A DNA stretch of 64,000 nt from the NCBI GenBank assembly GCA_963782055.1, contig CAWAIF010000003.1, positions 1,632,001 to 1,696,000 on the forward strand. Direction: 5' to 3'. This DNA is from an uncultured delta proteobacterium. Lineage in GTDB: Bacteria > Myxococcota_A > Polyangia > Polyangiales > Polyangiaceae. Shown here piece after piece: positions 50,525-60,448 of the stretch. The stretch's first letter is position 1, and every line of letters begins with the position of its first letter. The position numbers and the translations under genes are program-made. The notes under the pieces were generated by a model that did no database searches, was not told where the DNA came from, and saw only the letters and a list, made by a program, of their open reading frames with translations.

Positions 50525-52675
50525 ATGGCGCGCCGCGCTCGACTGACCCTCGTCCAGCTCTTCGTGCTCACCACCGTGGTGGTGGCCGTGGTGGCGGGGG
50601 CGGCGCTCTTCGTCCTCGTCGGTTCGTCGCGTGCTTCCATCCTGCAGTCCGCCGAGGTGCAGCGCGAGGCGGAAGCCCGCGACGTCGACGAGCAGGTGAC
50701 CAGGGAGCTGGGCGTCGCGGGCGACACCCTCGCCGAGGTGGAGCGCGCGATGCGCCACGGCGCGGTGCGGGCCGACGACCCCTCCGCGGTGGAGGTGACG
50801 CTGTTCACGGCGCTGCTCGATCACCCCAGCCTCTCCGACGTCACCTTCACCCACGCCAGCAGCGAGGGCTTCGCCCCCGACGGCGACATGCGACTCGCGC
50901 CCGACGACCGGTGGCAGGTCTCGCTGTACCGCACGCACGGGGGCAAGGCGTACACGCGGCGCGTCTCGCAGCAGGGCGGCGTGCTCGTCGCCGACGTGCG
51001 CCAGCGACCGCCGGACGGCGGGCTCGACTCGGCCCCCTTCACGCGGGAGGCGGGCGCGACCGACCCGACGCGCCACCCCACCTTCGAGGTGACGGCGTCG
51101 AAGGGGTCCTACGGCAAGGCCATCTGGAGCGACCTGCACTGGTCGGAGCGCGACGCCGCGATCCCGAAGAAGCAGCGACGCGTCGTCGTCACCGTGCAGA
51201 AGGCGGTGGAGGACACCCAGGGCCACTTCGTCGGCGTGCTGCGCGTCGGGCTGGACACACGGATGCTCGACAAGGTGCCCGTCGCCGCCGCGCGGGGCGC
51301 GACCGACGGCCGGCAGGTCTTCCTCTGCGACGCCCAGGGGAGGCTGGTGGCGCGGCCCGAACCGGGCGACGCGCTGGAGGTCTCCGGCGACGACCTGCGC
51401 GTGGCGCCCGCGCACCTGGACGCGACCATCGCCGCCGCGCTCGCCAGCCCCCGCCTGCGCGAGGTAAAGGAGGGCCGTCCGCGATCCGACACGCTGGACG
51501 TGGGCGGCCGCCGGGTGCTCGTCACCTTCCGCGCGCTGGCGCACACGCAGGGCTGGGTGGTGGGCGTGGCCGTGCCCGAGCAGGCCTACACCCACGCGCT
51601 GACGTCGCTGCGCGGCCGCTTCCTCGGCGTCTTCGGTGGCCTCGTGGTGGTGGTGCTGCTCGCCGGCGGCTTCGTCCTGCGCGCGCTGCGGCGCGGCCTG
51701 GGGTCCATCGTGGCGTCCACGTCGCGGATGCGCGCGCTGGACTTCGGGCCGCAGGCTCCCGAGAGCGCGTTTCGTGACGTGGCGGAGGTGCAGGCGGAGC
51801 TGGAGCGCGCCAAGACCTCGATGCGCGCGCTCGGCAAGTACGTGCCGCTCGATCTGGTGCGCGATCTCTACGAGTCCAACCGCGAGCCGAAGCTGGGCGG
51901 CGAGCTGGTCGAGCTCTCCATGATGTTCACCGACATCGAGGGCTTCACCACGCTCTCGGAGAAGCTGGCGCCCGACGTGCTGGCGGAGGCGCTCGGCCTG
52001 TACCTGGCGGCGATGACCGAGGGCGTACGCGAGCAGGGCGGCACCGTGGACAAATTCGTCGGCGACGCGGTGATGGCGTTCTGGAACGCGCCGCACCCGG
52101 TCGAGGACCACGCGACGCGGGCGTGCCGCGCGGTGGTGGCGTGCATGCAGAAGACTCGGGCGCTCTACGCGTCGCCGGCGTGGGAGGAGCTGCCGCCGCT
52201 CTTCACGCGGTTCGGCCTGCACCGCGCGACGGTGATGGTGGGGCACTTCGGCGCGCCCGATCGCTTCAGCTACACCGCGCTCGGCGACGGAGTGAACCTC
52301 GCGTCGCGGCTGGAGGGGCTCTGCAAGCACTACGGGGTCGCGGTGCTCGCCAGCGAGGCCGTGATGGAGCGCGCCCGCGACGAGTTCGCCTTCCGGCTGG
52401 TGGACAGGGTGGCGGTGAAGGGCAAGACGGAGGGCGTGCGCGTCTACGAGCTGCTCGGCCCGAAGGACGCCGCCGACGCCGGCGCGGGCGTGGTGGAGGC
52501 GTACGAGAAGGCGCTGGAGGCCTACTTCGCGCGCGACTTCGGGGGGGCGCTGCGGCTGCTCGAGCCTCACCCCGACGACCCGCCGAGCGGGGTGCTGGCG
52601 CGACGGTGCAGGGCGCTGCTGGAGGACCCGCCGCCGGAGGACTGGGACGGCGTCTACGTGGCGACGTCGAAGTGA
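50525..52675 (+). CDS. Class III adenylate/guanylate cyclase with periplasmic Cache-like sensor and HAMP-like linker
   Basis: Two TMs; MFTDIEGFTTLSE, VDKFVGDAVMAFW, YTALGDGVNLASRLEG, VAVKGK. Confidence 0.92.
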   Translation: MARRARLTLVQLFVLTTVVVAVVAGAALFVLVGSSRASILQSAEVQREAEARDVDEQVTRELGVAGDTLAEVERAMRHGAVRADDPSAVEVTLFTALLDHPSLSDVTFTHASSEGFAPDGDMRLAPDDRWQVSLYRTHGGKAYTRRVSQQGGVLVADVRQRPPDGGLDSAPFTREAGATDPTRHPTFEVTASKGSYGKAIWSDLHWSERDAAIPKKQRRVVVTVQKAVEDTQGHFVGVLRVGLDTRMLDKVPVAAARGATDGRQVFLCDAQGRLVARPEPGDALEVSGDDLRVAPAHLDATIAAALASPRLREVKEGRPRSDTLDVGGRRVLVTFRALAHTQGWVVGVAVPEQAYTHALTSLRGRFLGVFGGLVVVVLLAGGFVLRALRRGLGSIVASTSRMRALDFGPQAPESAFRDVAEVQAELERAKTSMRALGKYVPLDLVRDLYESNREPKLGGELVELSMMFTDIEGFTTLSEKLAPDVLAEALGLYLAAMTEGVREQGGTVDKFVGDAVMAFWNAPHPVEDHATRACRAVVACMQKTRALYASPAWEELPPLFTRFGLHRATVMVGHFGAPDRFSYTALGDGVNLASRLEGLCKHYGVAVLASEAVMERARDEFAFRLVDRVAVKGKTEGVRVYELLGPKDAADAGAGVVEAYEKALEAYFARDFGGALRLLEPHPDDPPSGVLARRCRALLEDPPPEDWDGVYVATSK

Positions 52676-52679
52676 GGTC

Positions 52680-53168
52680 TCACGTCGCGGCCGTCCGTCC
52701 GTCCTCCTTCGCCGCCCGGCCGAGGTTGCGGAACAACAGGTGGTCGACGGAGAGCGCGCCGGGGCCGATGATGGCGATCATGACGAGCACGACCAGGTAC
52801 GTGAACTCGTCGGCGCCGATGAGATCGAACAGACCATGAATATCGGGGAGCTTCGCCGTGAGGATGGCGACGATCATGCTCACGATGAGCGGGATGGTGC
52901 CCAGCCGCGTGAGCAGGCCGATCACCAGCAGCACGCCGCAGACGAGCTCGCTGTAGCCGACGAGCACCGCGTTGAAGTGCGGCATGGGGATGTGCAGGCT
53001 CTCGAAGAAGCTCGTCACCTTGGCGACGTTGTGGACCTTGCCCCACCCGGTGGACATGAAGAGCAGTCCCACCGCGAGGCGCCCGAGCAGCGGCGCGAGC
53101 CACTTCACGCGCTCCACCAGGCCGAGGCCCACCGCGCTTCCCCTCTCCACCAGATCCTTCATCCCCAT
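52680..53168 (-). CDS. DoxX family membrane protein
   Basis: LGRLAVGLLFMSTGWGK, ELVCGVLLVIGLLTR, GPGALSVD; GGAGAGG SD. Confidence 0.92.
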   Translation of the reverse strand: MGMKDLVERGSAVGLGLVERVKWLAPLLGRLAVGLLFMSTGWGKVHNVAKVTSFFESLHIPMPHFNAVLVGYSELVCGVLLVIGLLTRLGTIPLIVSMIVAILTAKLPDIHGLFDLIGADEFTYLVVLVMIAIIGPGALSVDHLLFRNLGRAAKEDGRTAAT

Positions 53169-53204
53169 CGCGTCATCCTCTCCCTTCGCGGCGTCCTCTG
53201 TCCA

Positions 53205-53230
53205 TACGTCGATGGGCGCGGCAGGTTTCG
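53205..53230 (-). promoter_or_regulatory. ECF-sigma-type promoter upstream of doxX
   Basis: Minus strand CGAAAC-N16-CGTA; the same motif occurs at 54842-54868. Confidence 0.6.
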
Positions 53231-53246
53231 TCGCCGGCGTCTGACC

Positions 53247-54689
53247 GTGCGCTCGGGGCCCGCGCTCGCGGCGCTGTCCGCGCTGGCGATGGCCTCGTGC
53301 GGCCGAGCGGAGCCTCGGCATCCCGGGCACGTCCCGCCCCGGCCGATGGCGCCGAGCGTGGTGTGGACCTTCGAGGTGAAGGCGGACGGGGTGGAGGACC
53401 TGGCCGTCGAGGCGACCTTCGAGCCCACGCGCGCCGACGCCTTCGCGGTGGACGATGCCATGCCCTTCGCGAAGGACGTCCAGATCGCCGCCGGCGCGAC
53501 GTGGACGCCGGCGGCGCGGCGCGCCGACGCCTTCGTCGTGCCGTGCGCGGAGGGCTGCCGCGTCCGCTACCACTTCGCGCTGAAGGAGGCCGCCGACTCC
53601 ATCCACGACGTCGACACCGCCATCCGGTCCGGCGACATCGTCTTCGCGCCGCCGTCGACGTGGCTCTTGCACCCGGTGTCGCCGGGGCCGCTCGGTCGCT
53701 TCCTGCTGCACGTCGACGCCGGCGCGGCCTCGCGCTTCGTCACCGGGATGGGCCGCGACAGCCAGGGCGGGTTCGTGGGGAAGACCGACGACCTGGACGA
53801 CGGCGCGTTCAGCGCGTTCGGGCCGGTCCACGTGGGCGAGGTGAAGGTCGGCGGCGCGACGCTGACGGTCGGGGTCGCCCCCGACAGGCTGCCGATGAGC
53901 GACGCGGAGGTCCTCGCGTGGGTGCGCGCGTCCGCCGGCGCGGTGGCCGCGTACTACGAGGACCGGCTGCCCGCGCGCCGGGCGCTCATCTTCGTCATGG
54001 AGGGCAGCGGCGGCCCCACGCGCGGCAAGACGCTCGGCCCGCTCGGCCCAGCGATGCTGGTGCGCGCGGGCGAGGGCGTGACGGCGAAGAACACCCGTGA
54101 CGACTGGGTCGTCACCCACGAGCTCCTGCACGTCAACTTCCCCTACATCGGCTACGACCACGCGTGGCTCACCGAGGGGCTTGCCACGTACATCGAGCCC
54201 ATCGCGCGGGCGCGGGTCGGGCTGATCGACGCGGGCAAGGTGTGGCGCGACATGATCGATGGCATGCCGCAGGGCCTCCCCGAGAAGGGCGACCGCGGTC
54301 TGGAGAACACCCCGACGTGGGGGCGGACCTACTGGGGCGGCGGCATGTTCTGCCTCGTCGCCGACGTGACCATCCGGGAGCAGACGGGCAACCGCAAGTC
54401 GCTCGACGACGTGCTGCGGGCGATCGGCAGGACCGGCGCGACGGTCCAGACGGACTGGACCGTCGGCCAGGTGCTGGACGCCGGCGACGCGGCCACCGGC
54501 ACCCGCGTGCTGCACGATCTCTATGCCAAACTCGCGCTCGCCCCCGGCGTGATCGATCTCGACGCCCTCTGGGCGAAGCTGGGCGTGCGCGCGGAGGGGG
54601 CCTCGGTGGCGTATGACGACCACGCCCCGCTGGCCGCGATCCGCCGCGCCATCACCGCCCCCGTCTCCCCCGGGTCCACCGATCGTTAG
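53247..54689 (+). CDS. Gluzincin (M1/M61-like) zinc metallopeptidase lipoprotein
   Basis: Lipobox-like MASC; THELLH plus WLTEGLATY, RTYWGG. Confidence 0.82.
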   Translation: MRSGPALAALSALAMASCGRAEPRHPGHVPPRPMAPSVVWTFEVKADGVEDLAVEATFEPTRADAFAVDDAMPFAKDVQIAAGATWTPAARRADAFVVPCAEGCRVRYHFALKEAADSIHDVDTAIRSGDIVFAPPSTWLLHPVSPGPLGRFLLHVDAGAASRFVTGMGRDSQGGFVGKTDDLDDGAFSAFGPVHVGEVKVGGATLTVGVAPDRLPMSDAEVLAWVRASAGAVAAYYEDRLPARRALIFVMEGSGGPTRGKTLGPLGPAMLVRAGEGVTAKNTRDDWVVTHELLHVNFPYIGYDHAWLTEGLATYIEPIARARVGLIDAGKVWRDMIDGMPQGLPEKGDRGLENTPTWGRTYWGGGMFCLVADVTIREQTGNRKSLDDVLRAIGRTGATVQTDWTVGQVLDAGDAATGTRVLHDLYAKLALAPGVIDLDALWAKLGVRAEGASVAYDDHAPLAAIRRAITAPVSPGSTDR

Positions 54690-54824
54690 CAGGCTCGCGA
54701 TCGCGGCGCTGGGGGCAGCTCCCGGCCGCCCCGGTGGGGCGTGACGCCAACGTGCTACTTCTGCGGCGGGGTTGACTTGGTCGAGGGGGCGGCGCCATCC
54801 TCCCGGCTTCCACGGCTCCCGAAC

Positions 54825-54868
54825 AAAAAAAAGAGACGCCGCGAAACGCGCGGCCGCCCGTGCGCGTA
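54825..54868 (+). promoter_or_regulatory. ECF-sigma-type promoter with upstream A-tract, for the RiPP operon
   Basis: A8 tract 54825-54832, then CGAAAC-N17-CGTA (54842-54868). Confidence 0.6.
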
Positions 54869-54929
54869 GGTAGAGCGCACGCGGTATAGCGGGCCGAGAA
54901 CAAACCAAGTCAACAAGAGGTCATTTCGC

Positions 54930-55241
54930 ATGAAGCTGACGCACACACTCATGGCAGCAGCGGTTGGTGGCATCCTTGCGGGCGCCACGGTGGCTTGCGG
55001 GGGCGAGACGCCGCCGCCTGCGGAGCCGGCGGCCGGCGCGACCCCCGCCGCGACCGACACCTCGGCTCCGGCCGCGGGCTCGGCGGCTCCGGCCGCGACC
55101 GACACGGCGGCGCCCGCGGCCGGCGCGAAGCACGCCTGCAAGGGCCAGAACGACTGCAAGGGTCAGGGCGGCTGCAAGACCGACGCGCACGCCTGCAAGG
55201 GCCAGAACGACTGCAAGGGCCAGGGCGGCTGCCACGGCTGA
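54930..55241 (+). CDS. MNIO-class RiPP precursor (bufferin BufA2-like), apparently a lipoprotein
   Basis: Signal peptide ending TVA-C23, Ala/Pro/Thr linker, two HACKGQNDCKGQGGC repeats; directly upstream of DUF692. Confidence 0.85.
   Translation: MKLTHTLMAAAVGGILAGATVACGGETPPPAEPAAGATPAATDTSAPAAGSAAPAATDTAAPAAGAKHACKGQNDCKGQGGCKTDAHACKGQNDCKGQGGCHG
55131..55232 (+). repeat. Near-perfect 45-bp direct repeat encoding the two core units
   Basis: 55131-55175 and 55188-55232 differ by one synonymous base (ggt/ggc). Confidence 0.9.
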
Positions 55242-55302
55242 GGGTCGCCGAGCGTGAGCGCCCGCGGCTCCGGCCGCCGGCGCCCCGCTCACACCCGTCG
55301 TC

Positions 55303-56133
55303 ATGGCGAATCGTTTTGGCCTGCCCGACCTCGGGATCGGCCTGGGCCTGAGGACGGTGCACTACAAGCGCATCCTGGAGGACGAGCCGTCGGTCGACTG
55401 GTTCGAGATCCTCAGCGAGAACTACATGCAGACGTCCGGCCGCCCGCTGGACTTCGCGGACGCCGTCGCCGCGCGCTACCCCGTGGTCATGCACGGGGTG
55501 TCCATGTCCGTCGGCTCCAGCGATCCGCTCGACCGCGAGTACCTGAAGGAGCTCAAGGCGCTGCGCGACCGCCTCGGCGCGCGCTGGGTGTCCGACCACC
55601 TGTGCTGGACGGGCGTGGCCGGCAAGAACACCCACGACCTCTTGCCGCTCCCCTACACCGAGGAGGCGCTGGCGCACGTGGCCGGCAGGGTGCGCGCGGT
55701 CCAGGACTTCCTGGGCGCGCCGCTCGCGCTGGAGAACCCCTCCACCTACGCCGAGCTCACCGGCGCGACGATGCGCGAGTGGGAGTTCCTCGGCCGCCTG
55801 GCCGAGGAGGCCGACTGCGCCATCCTGCTCGACGTGAACAACGTCTACGTCTCCGCGTTCAACCACGGCTTCGACCCGATGACGTACCTCGAGGCGGTGC
55901 CCTTCGATCGCGTGGTGCAGCTCCACGTGGCGGGGCACACCCACCACGGCACGCACATCATCGACTCGCACATCGGTCCGGTGATCGACCCGGTGTGGAA
56001 GCTGCTCGCCGAGGCGCACCGTCGCGCGGGCGGCGTCAGCATCCTGCTGGAGTGGGACGCCGAGATCCCCAGCTTCGAGGAGACCCACGCCGAGGCGCTG
56101 CGCGCGCGCGAGTTCCTGGGAGCGGCCGCGTGA
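55303..56133 (+). CDS. DUF692 multinuclear non-heme iron oxidase (MNIO; MbnB/TglH/ChrH/BufB family)
   Basis: [62 protein letters not shown]. Confidence 0.95.
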   Translation: MANRFGLPDLGIGLGLRTVHYKRILEDEPSVDWFEILSENYMQTSGRPLDFADAVAARYPVVMHGVSMSVGSSDPLDREYLKELKALRDRLGARWVSDHLCWTGVAGKNTHDLLPLPYTEEALAHVAGRVRAVQDFLGAPLALENPSTYAELTGATMREWEFLGRLAEEADCAILLDVNNVYVSAFNHGFDPMTYLEAVPFDRVVQLHVAGHTHHGTHIIDSHIGPVIDPVWKLLAEAHRRAGGVSILLEWDAEIPSFEETHAEALRAREFLGAAA

Positions 56134-57104
56134 CCGCCGACGCGCGCCGGCAGATGACGCGGCAGGCGACGGCCGACGCCGTCGGCGTGCACGAGCGGGC
56201 GAGCGCCACGCCGTCGCATGTCACCGCCCGGCACGCCGCCGAGCCCGCCGGGAAGCCCGCGCCACGCGCCCCGGCGTCGCCGGAGCTGCCCGCGCACCTC
56301 GATCTGCGCGCCCACCAGGAGTGGTTCTCGGCGGCGGTCACCACGCCGGAGTCGGAGCCCGCGCCCGTGGACGAGGCGACGGCCCCGCGCCTGGTCACGT
56401 CCAGCCGCACCATGACCTCCCTCGAGCGGCTGGAGGTCTACCGCCGCGGCTACCACGCGCGGCTGGTGGAGTGTCTCGCCGACGACTACCCGGTGCTCGC
56501 CCACCTGCTCGGCGAGGAGGCGTTCGACGCGCTCTGCCGCGCCTACATCGCACGCTTCCCCTCGCGCGCGCCCAACCTCAACGCCTACGGCCGCCACATG
56601 GCGGAGCTCTGTCGCGCCGAGCCGCTCGCCGACCCGGCCTTCGCCGCCGACCTCGCCACGCTGGAGTGGGCGATCGTCACCGCGATCCACGCCCCTACCG
56701 CGCCCCTGCTCTCGCCGGAGGACCTGGCGAAGGTCCCCGCCGAGCGCTGGCCCCAGGCGCGCCTGGAGCCCAACCCGTCGCTCCGCGTGCTGCACCTGTC
56801 GCACCCGGTCAACGCGTACTTCCAGGCGTTCCGGACGGGCGCGCCCGTCCCGGTGGCGGACGCCCGCGGCGAGATCGCCGTCGCGGTCTATCGCACCGGC
56901 AAGAGCCTCTGGCGCATGGAGCTCGCCCCGGCGATGGTCGTGCTCGTCGAGTCGCTCGCCGCGCGCAAGACACTGCTCGCGTCGCTCGACGCGGTGGAGC
57001 CCCTGCTCGACGTGCAGGACGAGGCCGCCGCCGGCCAGCTCGTGATGTCCTGGTTCCAGAACAGCATCTCCAGCGGGATGTTCTCCGGGGTATCGTTGGG
57101 GTAG
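56130..57104 (+). CDS. DUF2063-type MNIO partner protein (BufC/HvfC-like)
   Basis: GTGA-coupled; [20 protein letters not shown]....LG...F..L...Y...PS...[12 protein letters not shown]. Confidence 0.88.
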   Translation: MTADARRQMTRQATADAVGVHERASATPSHVTARHAAEPAGKPAPRAPASPELPAHLDLRAHQEWFSAAVTTPESEPAPVDEATAPRLVTSSRTMTSLERLEVYRRGYHARLVECLADDYPVLAHLLGEEAFDALCRAYIARFPSRAPNLNAYGRHMAELCRAEPLADPAFAADLATLEWAIVTAIHAPTAPLLSPEDLAKVPAERWPQARLEPNPSLRVLHLSHPVNAYFQAFRTGAPVPVADARGEIAVAVYRTGKSLWRMELAPAMVVLVESLAARKTLLASLDAVEPLLDVQDEAAAGQLVMSWFQNSISSGMFSGVSLG

Positions 57105-58898
57105 TGACCCGCGCCCCGCTGCTGGACGAGGCCCTCCGCGCGCTGGGTGTGCGGCGGCTCCTCTTCGCGATCCACGACGCCTGCTTCCCGTCGGACGACG
57201 ACGAGGATCTGGGCGCCGGATCGCCGCACACCAGGGCGGCGGCGCGGCTGCTCGCCTGGCTCGGCGAGAGCGGCTTCACCGGCGTGCAGCTCGGCCCCCA
57301 GGGGCGTACGTCGCGCGGCAACGGCTCGCCGTACGACGCGACCATGTTCTCCCGGAACCCGATGACCATCCCCGTCGCCTCCTTCGGCGGCGAGGGTCCG
57401 TGGCGGGGGCTCGTGCCGGAGGAGCTGCTCGCGCGGGCCGTGGAGCGTGGCCGCGGTCACGAACGGTCGCGGCACGAGGTCGCCTTCGACGCCGTCACCG
57501 AGATCACCGCGGCGGCGTTCGAAGCCTTCGAGCGCGGCGCCCGGCCGGAATCTCGCGCCGCGCCTGCGCCGCTTCCGCGCCGACCACGCGGCGTGGCTGG
57601 AGCGCGACGCCCTCTACCACGCGCTGCGCGCCGAGCACGGCACGACGTTCGCCACCTGGCCGCGCGACGGCGACCTCCACGACGACGGCGATCACGCCGC
57701 CCGCCGCCGCGAGCTCCTCGCCGAGCACGCGCACGCCGTCACGCGCTACGCCTTCGAGCAGCTCCTGGTGCACGAGGAGCACCACCGCCTCCACACCCTC
57801 GCGAGGGGGCTCGGCCTCACCCTCTTCGGCGATCTCCAGGTGGGCGCGTCCGACGCCGACACCTGGGGCGCCCGCGCGTGCTTCCTGGACGGCTACGCCA
57901 TGGGCGCCCCGCCCAGCCGCACCAACCCGGAGGGCCAGCCCTGGAACTACCCGGTGCTGGACCCGGATCGCTACGACGGCGAGGCCGGCGCGCTGCTCGA
58001 CGCGCGCCTGCACAAGGCCTTCGAGGAGTATGACGGCCTGCGCGTGGACCACCCGCACGGGCTGGTGTGCCCGTGGGTCTATCGCGCCGGCACCGACGAT
58101 CCGCTGCGCGCCGTGCAGCACGGCACGCGCCTCTTCGCCTCGCCGGACCTGCCCGATCACCCCGAGCTGGCGCGCTTCGCCATCGCGAGGCCGGAGCAGC
58201 TCGCGCGCTCGGTGCCGCGTCACGCCGACGGCTGGGTCACCGACCTGGATGACGACCAGGTGCACCGCTACGCGCGCCTGTTCGATCGCATCGTGGACGC
58301 CGCGCACCGCTCTGGCCGCTCGCGCGAGGACATCGCGTGCGAGGTGCTCAGCACCATGCCCTTCCCCCTCGGCAGGGTGCTCGCGCGCCACGGCCTGGGA
58401 CGCTACCGCGTGGCGCAGAAGGCCAACCTGGACGACCCGACCGACGTCTACCGCTCGGAGAACGCGCGCCCCGAGGACTGGGTGATGCTCGGCAACCACG
58501 ACACCCGCTCGGTCTGGCGCATCGAGCGCGAGATGACCGCCGGCGCGCGCGAGAAGTGGGTCCGTCACCTCTGCGCGCGGCTGGGGCGCACCCCGCACGA
58601 GCTCTCCGCGCCCGGCGCCCTCGCCCACGCCATGCTCGCCGAGCTCTTCGCCTCGCCCGCCCGGAACGTGAGCCTCTTCTTCGCCGACCTGTTCGGCATC
58701 ACCGAGCGCTACAACGCCCCGGGCACCGTCAGCGACGACAACTGGTCGCTCCGCCTGCCGGCGTCCTTCGAGCGGCTTCATCGCGAGCGTCGCGCGCGGG
58801 GGGCGGCGCTGGATCTCGCCCTCGTGCTCGCGTGGGCGCTCGAGGCCCGCGGTCCGGAGCACACGGAGCTCGCGAGCCGGCTGCGCGAGCCACGCTAG
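57104..58898 (+). CDS. malQ: 4-alpha-glucanotransferase (amylomaltase, GH77) with an apparent +1 frameshift at about 57548-57552
   Basis: [49 protein letters not shown]...NWS; deleting one A in GAATC joins the frames (RPDLAPRL). Confidence 0.85.
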
Positions 58899-58922
58899 CC
58901 AAGAACCTCGTGCCCGCCGCCG

Positions 58923-59395
58923 TCACGCGCGCGCGAAGTCGTCCTCCAGGCGGCGTGTCAGCTCGGCGTAGGCGCTCGCGAGCGCGTCGTCGGCCCCGCC
59001 GCGCGCGGCGGCGTCCTCGAGGTCCGCCGGCGCGAGGCCCGAGGCTTCGAGGGTGGCCACGAGCTCGCGCACCCGGCGTACGGCGGCGAGGCGCGGCGCG
59101 ACGGGGCCGCCCTCGCGACGGTGGCGATCGTAGAGCCGGCACGCGAAGCGGCGGCACGCACGCGGCCGCGCGTCGTAGACCGAGCACGCGCGGCGCGCGC
59201 CGGCGTCGGGGCCCACCGCGACGAGCGCGGCGCACGGCTGCTCGAACGCCCTGTCGCCCACCACACGCAGGCGCCGGCGCGCCAGCGCGATCTCGTCGGG
59301 CTCCAGATCGACGCGGTTGAAGAGGGAGCCGTCGCAGCACAGGCCGCACGACTGGCAGAGCAGCTCGAGGTCGGTGTCGGTGGCGATGGCGTCAC
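58923..59395 (-). CDS. YkgJ family Cys-cluster (Zn/Fe-chelating) protein; start needs a frame correction near 59379 or a non-canonical codon
   Basis: LCQSCGLCCDGSLF...QPCAAL...CSVYDARPRACRRFAC; the GTGA-coupled GTG at 59395 is one base out of frame. Confidence 0.75.
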
Positions 59396-60363
59396 TCCGT
59401 CGTGGCGAACGGCGTGCCCGTCCCGGTGTCGGCGACGTAGAAGTCGTTGGTGAACGTCGCGCTGGTGCCGATGTTGCCGGACGGGTTGGATGTCGGGATC
59501 TGCCCGTACACGTAGCCGGACCCGGAGGTCGCGTACGCGAGGAAGCGCAAGGAGGCAGGCAGCCCGTTGGACCCGAGGGCGGTCCAGGGGATGACCTCCT
59601 CGCGCGTGGTGCCGTTGCTGCAGAAGGTGACCGCGTTGGTGACCGCCGAGCCCCACGTGCCGGCGTCCTGGCTGCCCAGGCGGAGTTCCTGGTAGCCGGA
59701 CTTCGCGTACACCACCGCGTCCGCCGCGAAGGGCAGGGTGCCGCCGGTGACGTCGTAGGTGTAGGTGGCCATCGGGCCGAGGCCGGAGTAGCCGACGTAG
59801 ATCACCGCGGCCTCGGTCAGGGTGGCGGTGTCCAGCCCGACGTACAGGTTGGTCGCGTCCCAGGTCATGTACCAGTTCTGACTCCCGCTCGCGGTCGTGT
59901 AGAGGGCGCCGCCGTACTCCTGCGCGCTGACCACGCCGTCGCAGGTGGGGGCCTGCCACTGGCCGCCGCCGTCGGCGTCGTCGCCGGCGTCGAGGGAGGC
60001 GTCGGCGTCGTCGCCGGCGTCGAGGGAGGCGTCGGCGTCGTCGCCGGCGTCGAGGGAGGCGTCGGCGTCTGCGCCCGCGTCGAGGGAGGCGTCGGCGTCC
60101 GTCGCCGCGTCGGAGGCATCCACGTCCGCGTCGGATGCGCCGTCGCTCCCGGCGTCGGCGACGACGACGTCGGCCTTGGCGTCGGAGGCCGCGTCGGTCG
60201 TCGTCACGTCCGCCCCGCTGTCGGTCGTCGCGTCGGTCGTCGTCCCGTCGCTCGCCGCGTCCGCCCCGGCATCGGTGCCAGCGTCGCCCGTGTCGTCGCC
60301 GCTGCACGCGAGGGGAACCAGGGGCGTCAGGGCGATCAGCAGGAGCAGGCGGCGTCGAATCAT
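59392..60363 (-). CDS. Lipoprotein with an acidic DAG-repeat linker and a DOMON/CBM9-like beta domain
   Basis: Lipobox PLAC; PTCDGVV...EY, MTWDATNLYVG, EEVIPWTALG. Confidence 0.75.
   Translation of the reverse strand: MIRRRLLLLIALTPLVPLACSGDDTGDAGTDAGADAASDGTTTDATTDSGADVTTTDAASDAKADVVVADAGSDGASDADVDASDAATDADASLDAGADADASLDAGDDADASLDAGDDADASLDAGDDADGGGQWQAPTCDGVVSAQEYGGALYTTASGSQNWYMTWDATNLYVGLDTATLTEAAVIYVGYSGLGPMATYTYDVTGGTLPFAADAVVYAKSGYQELRLGSQDAGTWGSAVTNAVTFCSNGTTREEVIPWTALGSNGLPASLRFLAYATSGSGYVYGQIPTSNPSGNIGTSATFTNDFYVADTGTGTPFATTE
59971..60090. repeat. 30-bp coding tandem repeat (ASLDAGDDAD)
   Basis: Three exact copies of gtcggcgtcgtcgccggcgtcgagggaggc plus one variant, with no spacers. 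Confidence 0.92.
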
Positions 60364-60448
60364 CGGTCCCTCCGGGTAGGCGGCGCTTCTACCATCATCC
60401 CGCTCGCCGGACCATGGCGCGTCCGACGCGGCGTCGCGTCCCGGGCGG

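Noticed and set aside
55239..55300. Selenocysteine readthrough of the precursor TGA
   Set aside because: The TGA follows CHG and does not align with a Cys position of the repeat; no convincing SECIS
59971..60090. CRISPR array
   Set aside because: The 30-bp units are head-to-tail without spacers, in frame inside a CDS, and there are no cas genes
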